DNA of 64,000 nt, from NCBI GenBank assembly GCA_032718475.1, contig JAUCBJ010003100.1, forward strand, positions 6,384-70,383, in the 5' to 3' direction. Origin of the DNA: Nemertoderma westbladi (lineage: Eukaryota; Animalia; Xenacoelomorpha). Shown piece after piece: positions 36,591 to 49,425 of this stretch. Position numbers and translations under genes: made by a program. The notes below the pieces were generated by a model. That model ran no database searches. It was given only the letters and a program-made list of their open reading frames with translations, and had not been told where the DNA came from. The number at the start of each line of letters is the position of its first letter. Position 1 is the first letter of the stretch.

Positions 36591-37856
36591 CGAGAAAGGC
36601 ATTTCCTAAAGGAAATGCAACCACGAAGCTAAGGAAAATTAAACAAACGGCCACACTTTGGTTCGTTGCTTAGCCTCGTTTAGTAGCATTTGTCAATAAT
36701 TAACTTCTATTCCCATGGAAACTAGAGTTCTCTGGAACTGTTGCTTTAACCTTTGAAAAAAAATTCAGTACAGATTGTGGTTCAGATAACACATATACTG
36801 AGTTTCAGAAAATATTGTAGTTTATGTCCAAATTACCGATTTTCTATCAAAATGCATTTGTTTGCAGTGGTTGTCATGGAAACTGAAAAATAGAACAATG
36901 TAATTCGGATGCAGAATAAGTCATATAGTGGGCGTAGGGGTTAGTCCCAAGTCATAATACTATTAACTTGTGCTTCAAATTATCATTTTATAAATTTTAA
37001 CATCTGTTTAGACTTGTTGCTATGGTAACTGTATTTTCTAATTAACCTCAAACGGCTTGGATATGGATCTTATAGATGAGTAGCAAAACCCCAAGTTTAT
37101 ATATATTACAGTTTTGCTACAAATAGAGTTATCAATATAGACTTGAATGATATAGAGTTTAATAAACTACAGTTACCATGGTAACTAAATTTCTGGAATA
37201 ATTTATGTTTCACTAAAAGTTCCAACTAGTGGTCCAGATAACACATACCCAGTTTTGTAAAATTTTATCGCGAAGTCTATGTCCAAATGAATAATTTTTG
37301 TATAAAAACATCTGTTTTCAGCGGTTGTCATGGTAACTGAAAAATAGAACAATGTAATTCGGATGCAGAATAAGTTATATAGTGGGGGTAGGGGTTGGTC
37401 CCAAGTCATAACACCTTGCCCTTAGGCCTCAAATTAACATTTTATAAATTTTAACATCTGTTTAGCCCGGTTGCCAAGGTAACTGGATTTTCTATTTAAC
37501 CTCAATCGGCTCTGCTATGGACCTTATAGTTGAGTTGAGAAACCCCAAGTTTATATCTATTATAGTTTTCCTACAAATAGAGTTATAAATATTGACTTGA
37601 AATACATAGACTTTTTTTGAAGTCCGTTGCCATGGAAACCAGATTTTTCCTGGATATGAGACCCGGCCCAAAAGATGCGCCTCGACGAGTAGTATATACA
37701 TGCAAAATTTCAGGGTACTTTTAAAGGCTAGTTTTTTCACCGGTCAAAAAAAACCAAATCTGCCTCATACAAGTAAAATAGCCCACTATGAATACACCAT
37801 CTCAGCTAAGGAAAATCTTTCTTAGCGAAAGTAGTTGATTTTCCTTAGCTTCGTGG
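36591..37856 (-). mobile_element. DINE-1/Helentron-type element, copy 5
   Basis: Same termini and body. Confidence 0.8.
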
Positions 37857-38135
37857 ACCCCGCCTACCGGTAGGTAATGCAGTAGGCCTATCTGGCTGTT
37901 AGGCAAATTTCCACCTATTGTTTACGTGGTAACCAATGACGCCGTAACTTTACAGCTCGCCGTCATTGGTTACCACATAAACAAGGGACATTACAGCACC
38001 CAATACAATACTAAATGTACAGGCCAATACAATGCTGTAATGTCCTCAAAAGTTGTAAAGTGCTAAATAACAACTCGCTGTTAATACTAACGGCGTTGTT
38101 AATGTTACAATTTTGGAATAAAAAATATTACATAT

Positions 38136-38622
38136 ATTAAGAATGATGTGTCGGATTGTCGATAAAATTGCGCCGCCACAACTCCATAACAGTCATAACA
38201 TTTGCTAGATCATCCGCATCTTCAAGGATAGTGTATTTTAAGAGACGTCTCAAGAAATTCATGGGCTGTCCACCATGCTTATTCACTCCATGAGGACGCT
38301 CAAGCACAAGATTATGCACTGGCTGGTCCTCACGGCGATAGCAATGTCCTGCAAAGCGAAGGCAGCGCAGTTAAAATGTCAAGCTAGGTGAGACTAATGA
38401 AATATCTCCAATGATGTATAGAGTCTCATTGGAGATGAGTTCATTGTATTTGACAAAATAAACCCGGCTCAGCATTCTTGTGTAAGCATGCAGAGATTTG
38501 GTATGTTCTGCAGTTAAAGTCCAGTATGGACCCCATTTAAGGGGAATGATTATACTGCACCCCTAATTAATCGAACCTTGAGATTCTGTTTTATTCTATG
38601 GGACTTCCAAATCCTGGACAGA
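38136..38622 (-). mobile_element. Degraded RTE-like LINE 3' fragment, same family as 4835-5315
   Basis: HNLVLERPHGVNKHGGQPMNFLRR...LEDADDLANVM matches the + strand sequence at 5145-5310. Confidence 0.85.
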
Positions 38623-39098
38623 CATACATTCTATTATAAATTAGTGCATTATTGACGCACGTCTGTCTAACGTACTGATATAAATAAGTGCATTATTGGT
38701 ATTTTCAACTATGTATAACTATATATAGTTATACATCACCTTACCTATTATACATCACCTACTCATCACATATTAATACAGTATTTGATTTGCGCACCAA
38801 CTCCAGATGCCACAGGAACTGAGTTTAATTTTTCATTTAATTTAACATCAAACATTTAAAACGGCTATAACATAAACCTTGAGAATCCCACCACACCCAT
38901 ATCTTGTACAGTATAGAGCTTCTTGTACAGAATCCCACCACCCATCTCTTGTACAGAGTTTCTTCATTATCATCATATGCCTGAAAGGAAATCAAACATA
39001 AATTTTAGGCTTTTCCAGCATTTCAATCAAATATATAAAGAGCTCACAAATCAAATCGAACAATAGAACAATGATTACAAACTCATAAAATAATATAC

Positions 39099-39350
39099 TA
39101 ATTTGGTAATTATAATCATTATAATCTGTATGTATATATATATGTATATAATTATAATTTGGTAATTATAATCATTATAATCTGTATGTATATATATATG
39201 TATATAATTATAATTTGGTAATTATAATCATTATAATCTGTATGTATATATATATGTATATAATTATAATTTGGTAATTATAATCATTATAATCTGTATG
39301 TATATATATATGTATATAATTATAATTTGGTAATTATAATCATTATAATC
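39099..39350. repeat. 56-bp AT-rich minisatellite, about 4.5 copies
   Basis: ATTTGGTAAT anchor at 39101, 39157, 39213 and onward. Confidence 0.92.
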
Positions 39351-39629
39351 AATAATTTCAATTTCATTGTTATAATAGGATGGGATCTCAATCCACATTT
39401 CCCATCTAATTATTATAATGATTCATCAATAAATTAATATAATAAGTTACAATATTATTTTATCGGGCTTTTTATTACGGTTTTTGAGAATTATCTTTCG
39501 TATGATTCTAAAAAAATTTAGTGTATTTTGAAGGGCAACTGTCTCGACTGTTACCTATAAGGCAGGGATGAGGGCGCCACACTAACTCCCAATGGTAAAC
39601 ACTCCGTAAATAAATTTATTTTTATTTTT

Positions 39630-39770
39630 TTCTCCCCCAGCATAAGCCAGGTTCACATAGGCCTATCGCTGGGTTGGTTCTTACGAAATGGTAACTGGCT
39701 CGCCAAGGGATCGAATCCGGGACTCCCATCTAGAAGCATTCGAGTGACTACTCCACCAGCTAGATGGTTA
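39630..39770 (-). mobile_element. Possible tRNA-derived SINE relic
   Basis: Minus strand TAGCTGGTGG (A-box-like) and GATTCGATCC (B-box-like) with a downstream A-rich tract. Confidence 0.35.
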
Positions 39771-40660
39771 AACGTAGCTAGCAACATTTGAAATTTCAAA
39801 ATTTAGTTAGAAATTTTATAGTTACTGTAATAAACATTTTGATAAATTACAGTAGATAAATAGTGGCAAACATTTGTTTTAATAACAATTTACCTACTTA
39901 TGGCTCTACCTCCCCTTTACAGTATGCTGATTGGTTATATGAGTGAGTGAGATTATATGAGTGAGACTCGCAATTACTGTAATAAGTTTTCCAGCATAAA
40001 TTGGTCGCATATGAAATAAAATTTGTTTATTATATTGGTTAGAAAATAACTACACAGTAAACTGCTCCTTATTGTTTTAAATTAATTACGTTTTTTTAAA
40101 ACCCATTTACAATGTATCATTTTTGAGTTCATTTTTTTTGCATGTTCATTTGAATGAATTCGGAGGGAGTTAGGTGGATCTGCGGAATAGAGAAACCAAC
40201 GTTTGGAGGAAGAAGAGTTGAGTAGCGCTGTGTTCTGGGGATACTTTAGTAAATAATGACCCTAAATTTGAGTCCGGTTTAAATATATTAGTGTTTGATC
40301 GTGAGGGATCCTACTTGGAGTTTATAGAGGAGGGCAACGTAATCTAGGTAGAATGCCAAGAGGCTTATATATCGGTTTAGAAGAAGTTTGGTAGTTCGAG
40401 GATATAAAGCAGCGGACGTGAATGAGTGAAAAGGATGTTGAGTTTACGTAGCGGGAAGCAGTTGTTTTCAAAGGTTGTACGAATGCATTATATGAACTCG
40501 TACAGTTATATGGTGAATGTGCGCAATGGATGAAGTTGATGCTCAATATCTGAATAGAAATAAAAGTATAAACAAATTCGAAATTTTAAACAACAACTAA
40601 TATCATTTGGATTTACATTGATGATTCAATGATGATACAAATACTTTAATTCCACCTAAC

Positions 40661-40829
40661 CTTGCCAATTTATTTTGAATCCTGGGCGAGTAACTGAAGA
40701 ATCAGAAGTGAACTTTAGAGTCATTATATTGCCAGTTGATGTAATAGGGGATGGTACATCGGCCCCAGACAACTTTGCCATTTGAGGTGGATCATCATTC
40801 CCTGACCACAACATAAGTCCATCGTAAAC
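40661..40829 (-). CDS. CUB-domain protein exon (C-terminal half of the CUB domain)
   Basis: AG|VYDG...LSGADVPSPITSTGNIMTLKFTSDSSVTRPGFKINWQ|GT, phase 0 to 1; not in the ORF track. Confidence 0.88.
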
Positions 40830-41299
40830 CTTAAAAATAAAACAATGAATATGTGAATCAGGCTTATTTATTAAGCCAGGAAAATAAAACTAATGTGGTG
40901 TACCACAATATTTTGCCCCCCCCCCTACAGCCAAAATGGAAAAATCTCAATAGATGTGTTAAAACGCGTGTTAAGTAGAATTTAAATACAAATCTTTCTT
41001 ACATCCAACTTTTATCAAGTTATAGCAGCTTTTACTCACAATCTTAGTAATATTAGAATAGGTGGATATTCAAATTAATTGTTTTTGTATTGACAAGCGA
41101 TTGGTACTAAATTATTTGATATACCGTACCGGTACAAACCAAAACCAATAATAATAATAATGTTGTAATCTAATTTTTTAATCATTAATAAATGATAATG
41201 ATGGGAATCGTGTTAAGCCACGAGCCGAGCCGAGCCGAGCTTTGGCTGTCGCATTTAGGATCACCCGCGATTTTCATTACGTACGAATTTCATTACAAA

Positions 41300-42190
41300 A
41301 AACTGGATTTCGATTGTCCGTGGCTGTTCATTGCGATGGGCGCAAGACAATTGGTCGAAGCCATTCGAAATTGGACGACCAATTGCTCTTTCACAAGAAA
41401 CATGCAACATTATTATTGCTTCAAGCGGAAGACAACGGAAAAGCCATCGTGAAGTTCAGCGTGAAATCCGAGTTGACGCAACAACTCGTCCCCATTTAAA
41501 CAATCGCTCGGCAAAGAGAGAGGGAGGGCATCAAAGAGAGAGAGAGGGCATCAAGAAATCCAATTGAAGACAGAACGAAATCGAGAGGATCGATTGCGGT
41601 TTGCGGCCTATTTAGAGGTTTGGACTGAAGATGTTTTTCTTCACCTTGCTCCTTAAAGTTTTTTGTGTGGACTGTGCGTCGGCCTAATTCACAAAATGAC
41701 TAGATTTGGGCTCATACATTAGATGACATTCCAGAGGAGGAGCGCTATCGATCGATGCCCAATCAACCTGCATACATTGGGATCTTTGTTTGTTTCACAG
41801 CTCTTAAGATGATGTGGGTAGGATGTTGGACAATCCTGGAATGGGAATATTTTCGAAATATCCTAACTCAGCATATTATTGCATTCCTTCACAACGCAGA
41901 CAATGTCTTGGATGCTGAGTGTTGAATGCTGGATGTTGTTTTGATGATCCATGATAGAGCACCATGCGTGCCCTCGCAACACAAGACCTCTTATGAACAA
42001 GTGGTTTACATTTCTTTAGCAAATGAAGATGGCCAATTCCCTGCCGCTTCTCCTACTTTATGTGGTGCTGAAGATATTGGTTCAAACCTAAAGAGCAGGA
42101 TGGAGGAGCTATGCATCATCAACCACTAACTCAGGCTATACTCCATGAGAAACTTCTTCTGGCTCTAAGCGAGTTGGAAAACCGTGTATA
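41300..42190 (+). pseudogene. Fossil Tc1/mariner-superfamily transposase within the CUB intron
   Basis: Frameshifted remnants RLRFA, PNSQND*IWA, MIHDRAPC, FPAASPTLCGAEDIGSNLK resemble the NxQNDRxW, QDxAPxH and WPxxSPDLNPIE motifs. Confidence 0.65.
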
Positions 42191-42247
42191 ATTATTTCAA
42201 GTAATGTAATAGAAATATAATTGTGAGTGAGTCTGAATGTTTCTTAC

Positions 42248-42432
42248 ATAGAGGGGGTCCCAGTAGTTTTCTGTACGGAAGGCCTCAAAAGTTATTTTGA
42301 CTTTTTTCCCTGGAGATGCTCGGATATAGTAAATGCATTCATCAATATCAGCTCCATAATTATTAGGATAATTTGGTGATTCAATGGGATAGTTGTGGTA
42401 TTCTCCAAATGAACCCCTTCCACTTCCGCATC
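42248..42432 (-). CDS. CUB-domain protein exon (N-terminal half of the CUB domain)
   Basis: CAG|GCG...IESPNYPNNY...CIYYIRASPGKKVKITFEAFRTE..DPLY|GTAAG, phase 1 to 0; splices in frame to 40829. Confidence 0.9.
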
Positions 42433-42551
42433 CTGAAAGCATCAAAAATGAGAAATAAAAGCTTGAGGTAATATAAAATATAATTGATGAATATGATTTC
42501 ACTAAAATAGACCACTGGTTCATTGACAATAAAAACTTTAGAAATTTAATA

Positions 42552-42604
42552 AGTACTCTGCGTTGATACCACTGCTTTAAGCAGTGGTATCAACGCAGAG
42601 TACT
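42552..42604. other. Back-to-back SMART/ISPCR (PacBio ultra-low-input type) adapter; technical artefact
   Basis: Reverse complement of AAGCAGTGGTATCAACGCAGAGTACT, one T, then the forward copy. Confidence 0.97.
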
Positions 42605-42960
42605 ATATGAGGCGTTCCTGCCACCCATACCATTTCGGAGCCTTTCGGAATTGATAAAATTACACAAAATACATCACCCTTCAAAGACTTTGGTATAACC
42701 ATCAAACCATAAACTATGCGTTTTTGGTTTGTTGAATTCATTACTAGGAATCGAAAGCAAGATTAGAAGCAAAATTTTCATTTTTTTATCAATATATACT
42801 AAAAGAGCACCAAAAGTGCAAGTAGCACTTTTTTCATAGTAGTTTTCTATAGTAGGTCATGGACTAATTTATATAAACAGACAACACTTTATGAAATTGA
42901 CTTTGTGGTAGCTAATTCAATTTGGACGCAACAGTCAAGGAGAACATATTACCGTAATAT

Positions 42961-44545
42961 AAGGTCAATGGCAACCATATTGACCAATGTCCCGTACGTG
43001 ATTTTTGAGATTTGTCGAATTTTGAAATTAACTTTGAGAATCAGTCATATTGATTGTTAGAAAGAGCGATAATTTCTGCATGTACCGGAATGGGCCCCAA
43101 AAATTTCTTGGCCGTTATTGAGAGAAACGTTCCGGAATGCAAAAATTGAGAATAAATTTATGTCACGTATAGGAAATTTAGAAAAAAAATATTCTGGAAA
43201 ATGGGAAGTAACAGTCGTTTAATGGTGGTATTGATGTATCGGGCAAGAGATGTCAGATCGAAGTGAAAGTTTTCTAATGAGAAAAAAATTAAAAATTATG
43301 TCGCTAAAAATAAATTTTTCATAGAGTGACAACACAAAGTTTCGCTTTCTGGGAAACTTTGCCTTGAAAAGTGGGGCTAATTGTTTTTTCCTGCTAATAA
43401 CAATGTGATACACAAAACTGTTCCATGTGGTCAACTGAAAATCGTTATTTATATCAAAAAATTAATTTGAAAATGTATAGACAGTTTTTTGATGTCATGT
43501 ACGGGACATTTTGATATGGTATGGGAAGGAATTTACATGGAAACAATTATTATAAATTTTGACATATATTTTCCAATTAAAAACAAATCATAAAATTCTT
43601 CTAACAACTCCTCCGAACTAGAAATTAAACCCAGTTTATTGTCCTTCCCACTGTCAACTCCTGTTCCATTCCCAACAAATAGTTAATTTGGTAATAAATT
43701 AATTTGGTCTGTTGTTAATTAAGGGGAAGGAGCAGGTTACAGTTTATCTGCAACTGGTAAGCCCCCCAACCATTATTTCAATGTAAGTAATTAATTGTTT
43801 AGACCATGATTAACTTCTGCCCCCAACACAATGTCAAATATAGGACAGGCCGTCACGTTATGGGGCATGGCAGTTTTTTCAACCTGGCCACATAAATTTT
43901 GACGTAGCAGTAGTAGTCTAACTGATACAACCCATACATGGCAAAACTATTAGAGAAATGGATGTGATGATCTAAATCTGCATCAGTTCGCTTGGACAAG
44001 CTCACGCAAATGATTCATATACACTCATTAACCACCTACAATTGCCAATCTAACTGATTCATATGGAAGAATACGAGTGGAAGTGTTAACACATCGGGTT
44101 AATGGCTCACATTTGACAATTTATTTGCCATTAAATTAATAATCATTTACCGAGTGTTACGTATGTGACAAAAAATCAAATCTCCAATTTACTACGAAGC
44201 TACGTTTATTTGTTTACCGGAATAATACTCAGCAGGGATATTAATCGTTTAACAACTGAATTGTAATTGTAATGGCCAGAATGAGCCCGTAATCACATTA
44301 ACAAAATTTAAAACTTCTCCGATTCGGACAAATTCCGTCCGATTTGGTCGAATTTTTTTTAAATTTGTTGTAGCTTTTTCTATAACAAACTGTGGTTGGA
44401 GTGTATCACAGCAGGAGGGGACCGATTATAGTGTATCTGGCGATCAAATTATCAAAGCCAACCGACCATTAATTCTCAAATGATTTACATTTTTGTATAT
44501 TTTTAGTCCCGTACGTGACTTGGTCAATATGGTTGGTATTGACCC
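42961..44545. mobile_element. Non-autonomous TIR DNA transposon
   Basis: Imperfect ~40-bp TIRs: GGTCAATGGCAACCATATTGACCAATGTCCCGTACG versus the reverse complement of 44507-44545; ATAT on both flanks. Confidence 0.6.
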
Positions 44546-45469
44546 ATATGGTCAATCATGGAGAGAATCCACCATAATTATAGTCTAAATTAATATAATA
44601 AGCTTCAGCGAAACTAAGTGAATGCCGGACAAATATATTTTAAAATTAATTAATGTTGGTGAAACACATCATCATCAGAGACAGGGGGGAAACTGGACTC
44701 AAACCCATCTTGGGAAATTAATATCCCGCCTCGATGTTAAATTCTCAATTTGGGGAAAGGAGCAGGTTACAGTGGCACGTTATTTTAACCAAAACAATAA
44801 ACTAAACACAATAGAACAGGTTACAGTTTCATTTTCGAGAGTAAGGAGCTATTAATTGCGTCCAATTTCCCCGGAGAGGGATACATTTTTATTGCGTCCA
44901 GTTCCCCCAGCACCTGCGCTAGGCTATTTGATTCTATTTAATAAATTCAACATATTTTTCTGGAACATATTGTTTATCCCATACGTAGCTTGGCAACAAT
45001 GCAATATTTCTTTAATCATACTATTACGTAGCTACTTATGCAATAACAAAATGTTCCAGAATAGGGGGTATTTATTTAATAGAATAAAACGGCCTCACAC
45101 ATAATTATGCAAAACCATGCACGTTTTAAACACCTATATCTCAACCATGAAATTTTCATTGTGTTACATATTTGGAATCCTTGCACAGCCAGCATTTTAA
45201 TAGTACCAACAAATCACTGTAATAGTGAAGAATAACTGCGGTGTGAATTTTAAAATTTCGCAGGAGACACTTTTTTCAAACGCTTGTGGCTAAAGAATGA
45301 AAGCGAAAATAAAAATTCCGGATCAACCAGCAAGGAGGAGGGAGGTGGAACTCTCTATTTCAAATTTAATGAAATCTCATTAAGATTTGTAGAAAGATTT
45401 GGGGGGGGGGGGGGGCAGGTACCTGAATAATGACATTATATTCCAGGACATGGTGTACTACTGTAGACT

Positions 45470-45660
45470 AAGCAGCCGCTTGATTGGTCTAGTGGTAAGA
45501 AAATTGACTTTCTTTGGAGAGGCCGCAGTTTCGATCCCTCGACAATGTAGCATTGTTTGGGCATGGGCTTGAAATGCTGCACACTAGCTCTACGCAGACT
45601 TCATCTTTCACTGGTCGATGGGAACGACGGTAACTTAGAAAACAGAGTGGAAGGGTTTAC
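45470..45660 (+). mobile_element. tRNA-derived SINE-like head leading into a minisatellite
   Basis: TGGTCTAGTGG A box (~45485) and GTTTCGATCC B box (~45527). Confidence 0.5.
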
Positions 45661-47545
45661 TGTCCCTGCTGACAACCATCAAACTGTTCCGCCCCCAATC
45701 CCTGCTGACAACAACAAATTGTTCCGCCCCCAATCCCTGCAGACAAAAACCAAACTGTTCCGCCCCCAATCCCTGCAGACAACCACCAAACTGTTCTACC
45801 CCCAAACCCGGGTGACAAAAACCAAACTGTTCCGCCCCCAATCCCTGCAGACAAAAACCAAACTGTTCTACCCCCAAACCCGGGTGACAAAAACCAAACT
45901 GTTCCGCCCCCAATCCCTGCAGACAAAAACCAAACTGTTCCGCCCCAATCCCTGCAGACAACCACCAAACTGTTCCGCCCCCAATCCCTGCAGACAACCA
46001 CCAAACTGTTCTACCCCCAAACCCGGGTGACAAAAACCAAACTGTTCCGCCCCCAATCCCTGCAGACAAAAACCAAACTGTTCCGCCCCCAATCCCTGCA
46101 GACAACCACCAAACTGTTCCGCCCCCAATCCCTGCAGACAACCACCAAACTGTTCCGCCCCCAATCCCTGCAGACAACCACCAAACTGTTCCTCCCCCAA
46201 TCCCTGCAGACAACAACCAAACTGTTCTACCCCCAAACCCGGGTGACAAAAACCAAACTGTTCCGCCCCCAATCCCTGCAGACAAAAACCAAACTGTTCC
46301 GCCCCCAATCCCTGCAGACAAAAACCAAACTGTTCCGCCCCCAATCCCTGCAGACAACCACCAAACTGTTCCGCCCCCAATCCCTGCAGACAACCACCAA
46401 ACTGTTCCTCCCCCAAACCCGGGTGACAAAAACCAAACTGTTCCGCCCCCAATCCCTGCAGACAAAAACCAAACTGTTCTGCCCCCAATCCCTGCAGCCA
46501 ACAACCAAACTTCTCTACCACCAATCCCTGTTGACAACTACCTATCTGTTCCGCCCTAATCCCTACTGACAAAAACCAAACTGTTCCGCACCAATCCCTG
46601 CAGCCAACAACCAAACTGTTCCGCCCCCAATCCCTGCAGACAACAACCAAATTGTTCCGCCCCCAATCCCTGCAGACAACAACCAAACTGTTCTACCCCC
46701 AAACCCGGGTGACAAAAACCAAACTGTTCCGCCCCCCATTCCCTGCAGACAAAAACCAAACTGCTCCGCCCCCAATCCCTGCAGACAACAACCAAACTGT
46801 TCTACCCCCAAACCCGGGTGACAAAAACCAAACTGTTCCGCCCCGAATCCCTGCAGACAAAAACAAAACTGTTCCGCTCCCAATCCCTGCAGCCAACAAC
46901 CAAACTGTTCTACCACCAATCCCTGTTGACAACTACCTATATGTTCCGCCCTAATCCATGCTGACAACAACCAAACTGTTCCGCCCCCAATCCCTACAGA
47001 CAAAAACCAAACTGTTCCGCCCCAATCCCTGCAGACAAAAACAAAACTGTTCCTCCCCCAAACCCGGTGACAAAAACCAAACTGTTCCTCCCCCAAACCC
47101 GGGTGACAAAAACCAAACTGTTCCGCCCCCAATCCCTGCAGACAACAACCAACCTGTTCCTCCCCCAATCCCTGCAGACAACAGCCAAACTGTTTCGCCT
47201 CAATTCCTGCAGACAACAACCAAACTGTCATGCCCCAATCCCTGCAGACAACAACCAAACTCTTCCGCCCCAAACCCTGCAGACAACAACCAAACTGTTC
47301 CGTCCTCAATCCCTGCAGGGCAACCACCTAACGGTTCCGCCCTAATCCCTGCAGAAAACAACCAAACTGTTCCTCCCTAATCCCTGCAAAAAACAACCAA
47401 ACTGTTCCGCACCAATCCCTGCAGACAACCACCAAACTGTTCCGGCCCCAATCCCTGGAAGACAATCACCAAACTCTTCCACCCCCAATTTCTGCAGGAC
47501 AACCACCTAACTGTTCCTCACCAATCCCTGCAGTCAACAACCACC
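45661..47545. repeat. 36-bp C-rich minisatellite, about 50 copies
   Basis: CCAAACTGTTCCGCCCCCAATCCCTGCAGACAA(A/C)(A/C)A with an interspersed ACCCGGGTGAC variant. Confidence 0.95.
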
Positions 47546-47589
47546 ACAAAATAATTCTACCCGAATATAATATAAAATAAATTAAATAA

Positions 47590-48700
47590 CCGCATTCATT
47601 GGAACTAAACTCGCCCCATTGGAATTAAACTCGCATTCATTGGAACTAAACTTGCCCCATTGGAATTAAACTCGCATTCATTGGAACTAAACTCGCATTC
47701 ATTTGAACTAAATTCATATACATTGGAACCAAACTTGCCCCCATTGGAACTAAACTTGCATTCATTGGAACTAAACTCGCATTCATTAGAACTACACTTT
47801 CCCCCATTGGAACTAAACTCGCATTCATTGGAACTAAACTCGCATTTATTGGAACTAAATTCGCATTCGTTGGAACCAAACTCGCATTCATTGGAACTAA
47901 ACTCGGATTCATTGGATCTAAACTCGCATTCATTGGAACTAAAGAACTAAACTCACATTCATTGGAACTAAACTTGCCCCCATTGAAACTAAACTCGCAT
48001 TTATTGGAACTAAATTCGCATTCGTTGGAACCAAACTCGCATTCAATGGAACTAAACTCGGATTCATTGGATCTAAACTCGCATTCATCGGCACTAAACT
48101 CGCATTCATTGGAACTAAAGAACTAAACTCACATTCATTGGAACTAAACTCAGATCATTGGAACTAAACTCGGAATCATTGGAACTAAACTCGGATTCAT
48201 TGGATCTAAGCTCGCATTCATTGGAACTAAACTCGCATTCATTGGAACTAAACTCGCATTCATTGGAACTAAACTCGGAATCATTGGAACTAAACTCGGA
48301 TTCATTGGATCTAAGCTCGCATTCATTGGAACTAAACTCGCATTCATTGGAACTAAACTCGCATTCATTGGAACTAAAGAACTAAACTCACATTCATTGG
48401 AACTAAACTCAGATCATTGGATCTAAACTCGCATTCATTGGAACTAAACTCGCATTCATTGGAACTTATCCATTGGAACTAAACTCGGAATCATTGGATC
48501 TAAACTCGCATACATTGGAACTAAACTCGGAATCATTGGATCTAAACTCACATTCATTGGATTTAAACTCACATTCATTGGATTTAAACTCACATTCATT
48601 GCAACTAAACTTGCCCCCATTGGAACTAAACTCGCATTCATTGGAACTTATCTCGCATTCATTGGAACTAAACTCGGAATCATTGGAACTACTGTAAACT
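47590..48700. repeat. 21-bp minisatellite
   Basis: CATTGGAACTAAACTCGCATT repeated about 50 times. Confidence 0.95.
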
Positions 48701-49425
48701 CACATGCATTTATGCATTGGAGCTAAATTAGTTTTTAATATAATTGGAACTAAGTTCGCATTTTAAAATTTATATTGGAAATTTATTTTTCGTTTCTTTT
48801 GGATGGAGGTACGTGTGCGATTGGAACTAAGTTGTTCTACCACCAAAACCAATGCAAACTGGCCTATTTCTGTTGAACGCCGAAAAATACAGATGAATAA
48901 AACCATTCCCATTTATAAGATATTCCAGCCAGCTCAAATTTATTCACATGAGACCCTTACTTATTACTCTAATAGTACCAGTATAAACTAAATACCAGAA
49001 ATACTGAATAACGAATTAAGTTTCTATCTGATGTTACGGGCAGGTATAAATAACATCAATATTACCACAACGTGCATAAACGGCCGCCATTTATTAATCG
49101 CCACTAATTGAATGCCACCCCAAATTAGATGATTTAACACCAAAATAAATTATTTTGCACCAAAAATATTTTTTTGTAGCATTGTAGAGATAATAATATA
49201 TAATTATTGTTCAAGTTGCCCATATAATTTGACCACAGTACGTTCAGTAGCAAGTGAGAAGTCACCAATTTATGGTATCTATCTAATCCGAATAAACATA
49301 AGTGAGAATTCACAAATTTATGGTATCTATCTAATCTGAATAAACATAAGTTAGAATTCACCAATTTATGGTAGCTTCTGAATAATACAAGTAGGTTAGG
49401 TCTAGTTTGTTTAATAATAACGTAT

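Noticed and set aside
42552-42604. Perfect 26-bp-arm palindrome as a biological hairpin
   Set aside because: It is a synthetic adapter sequence.
45557-48697. Repetitive ORFs in the 36-bp and 21-bp arrays
   Set aside because: Open in several frames on both strands and broken by indels; minisatellite artefacts.
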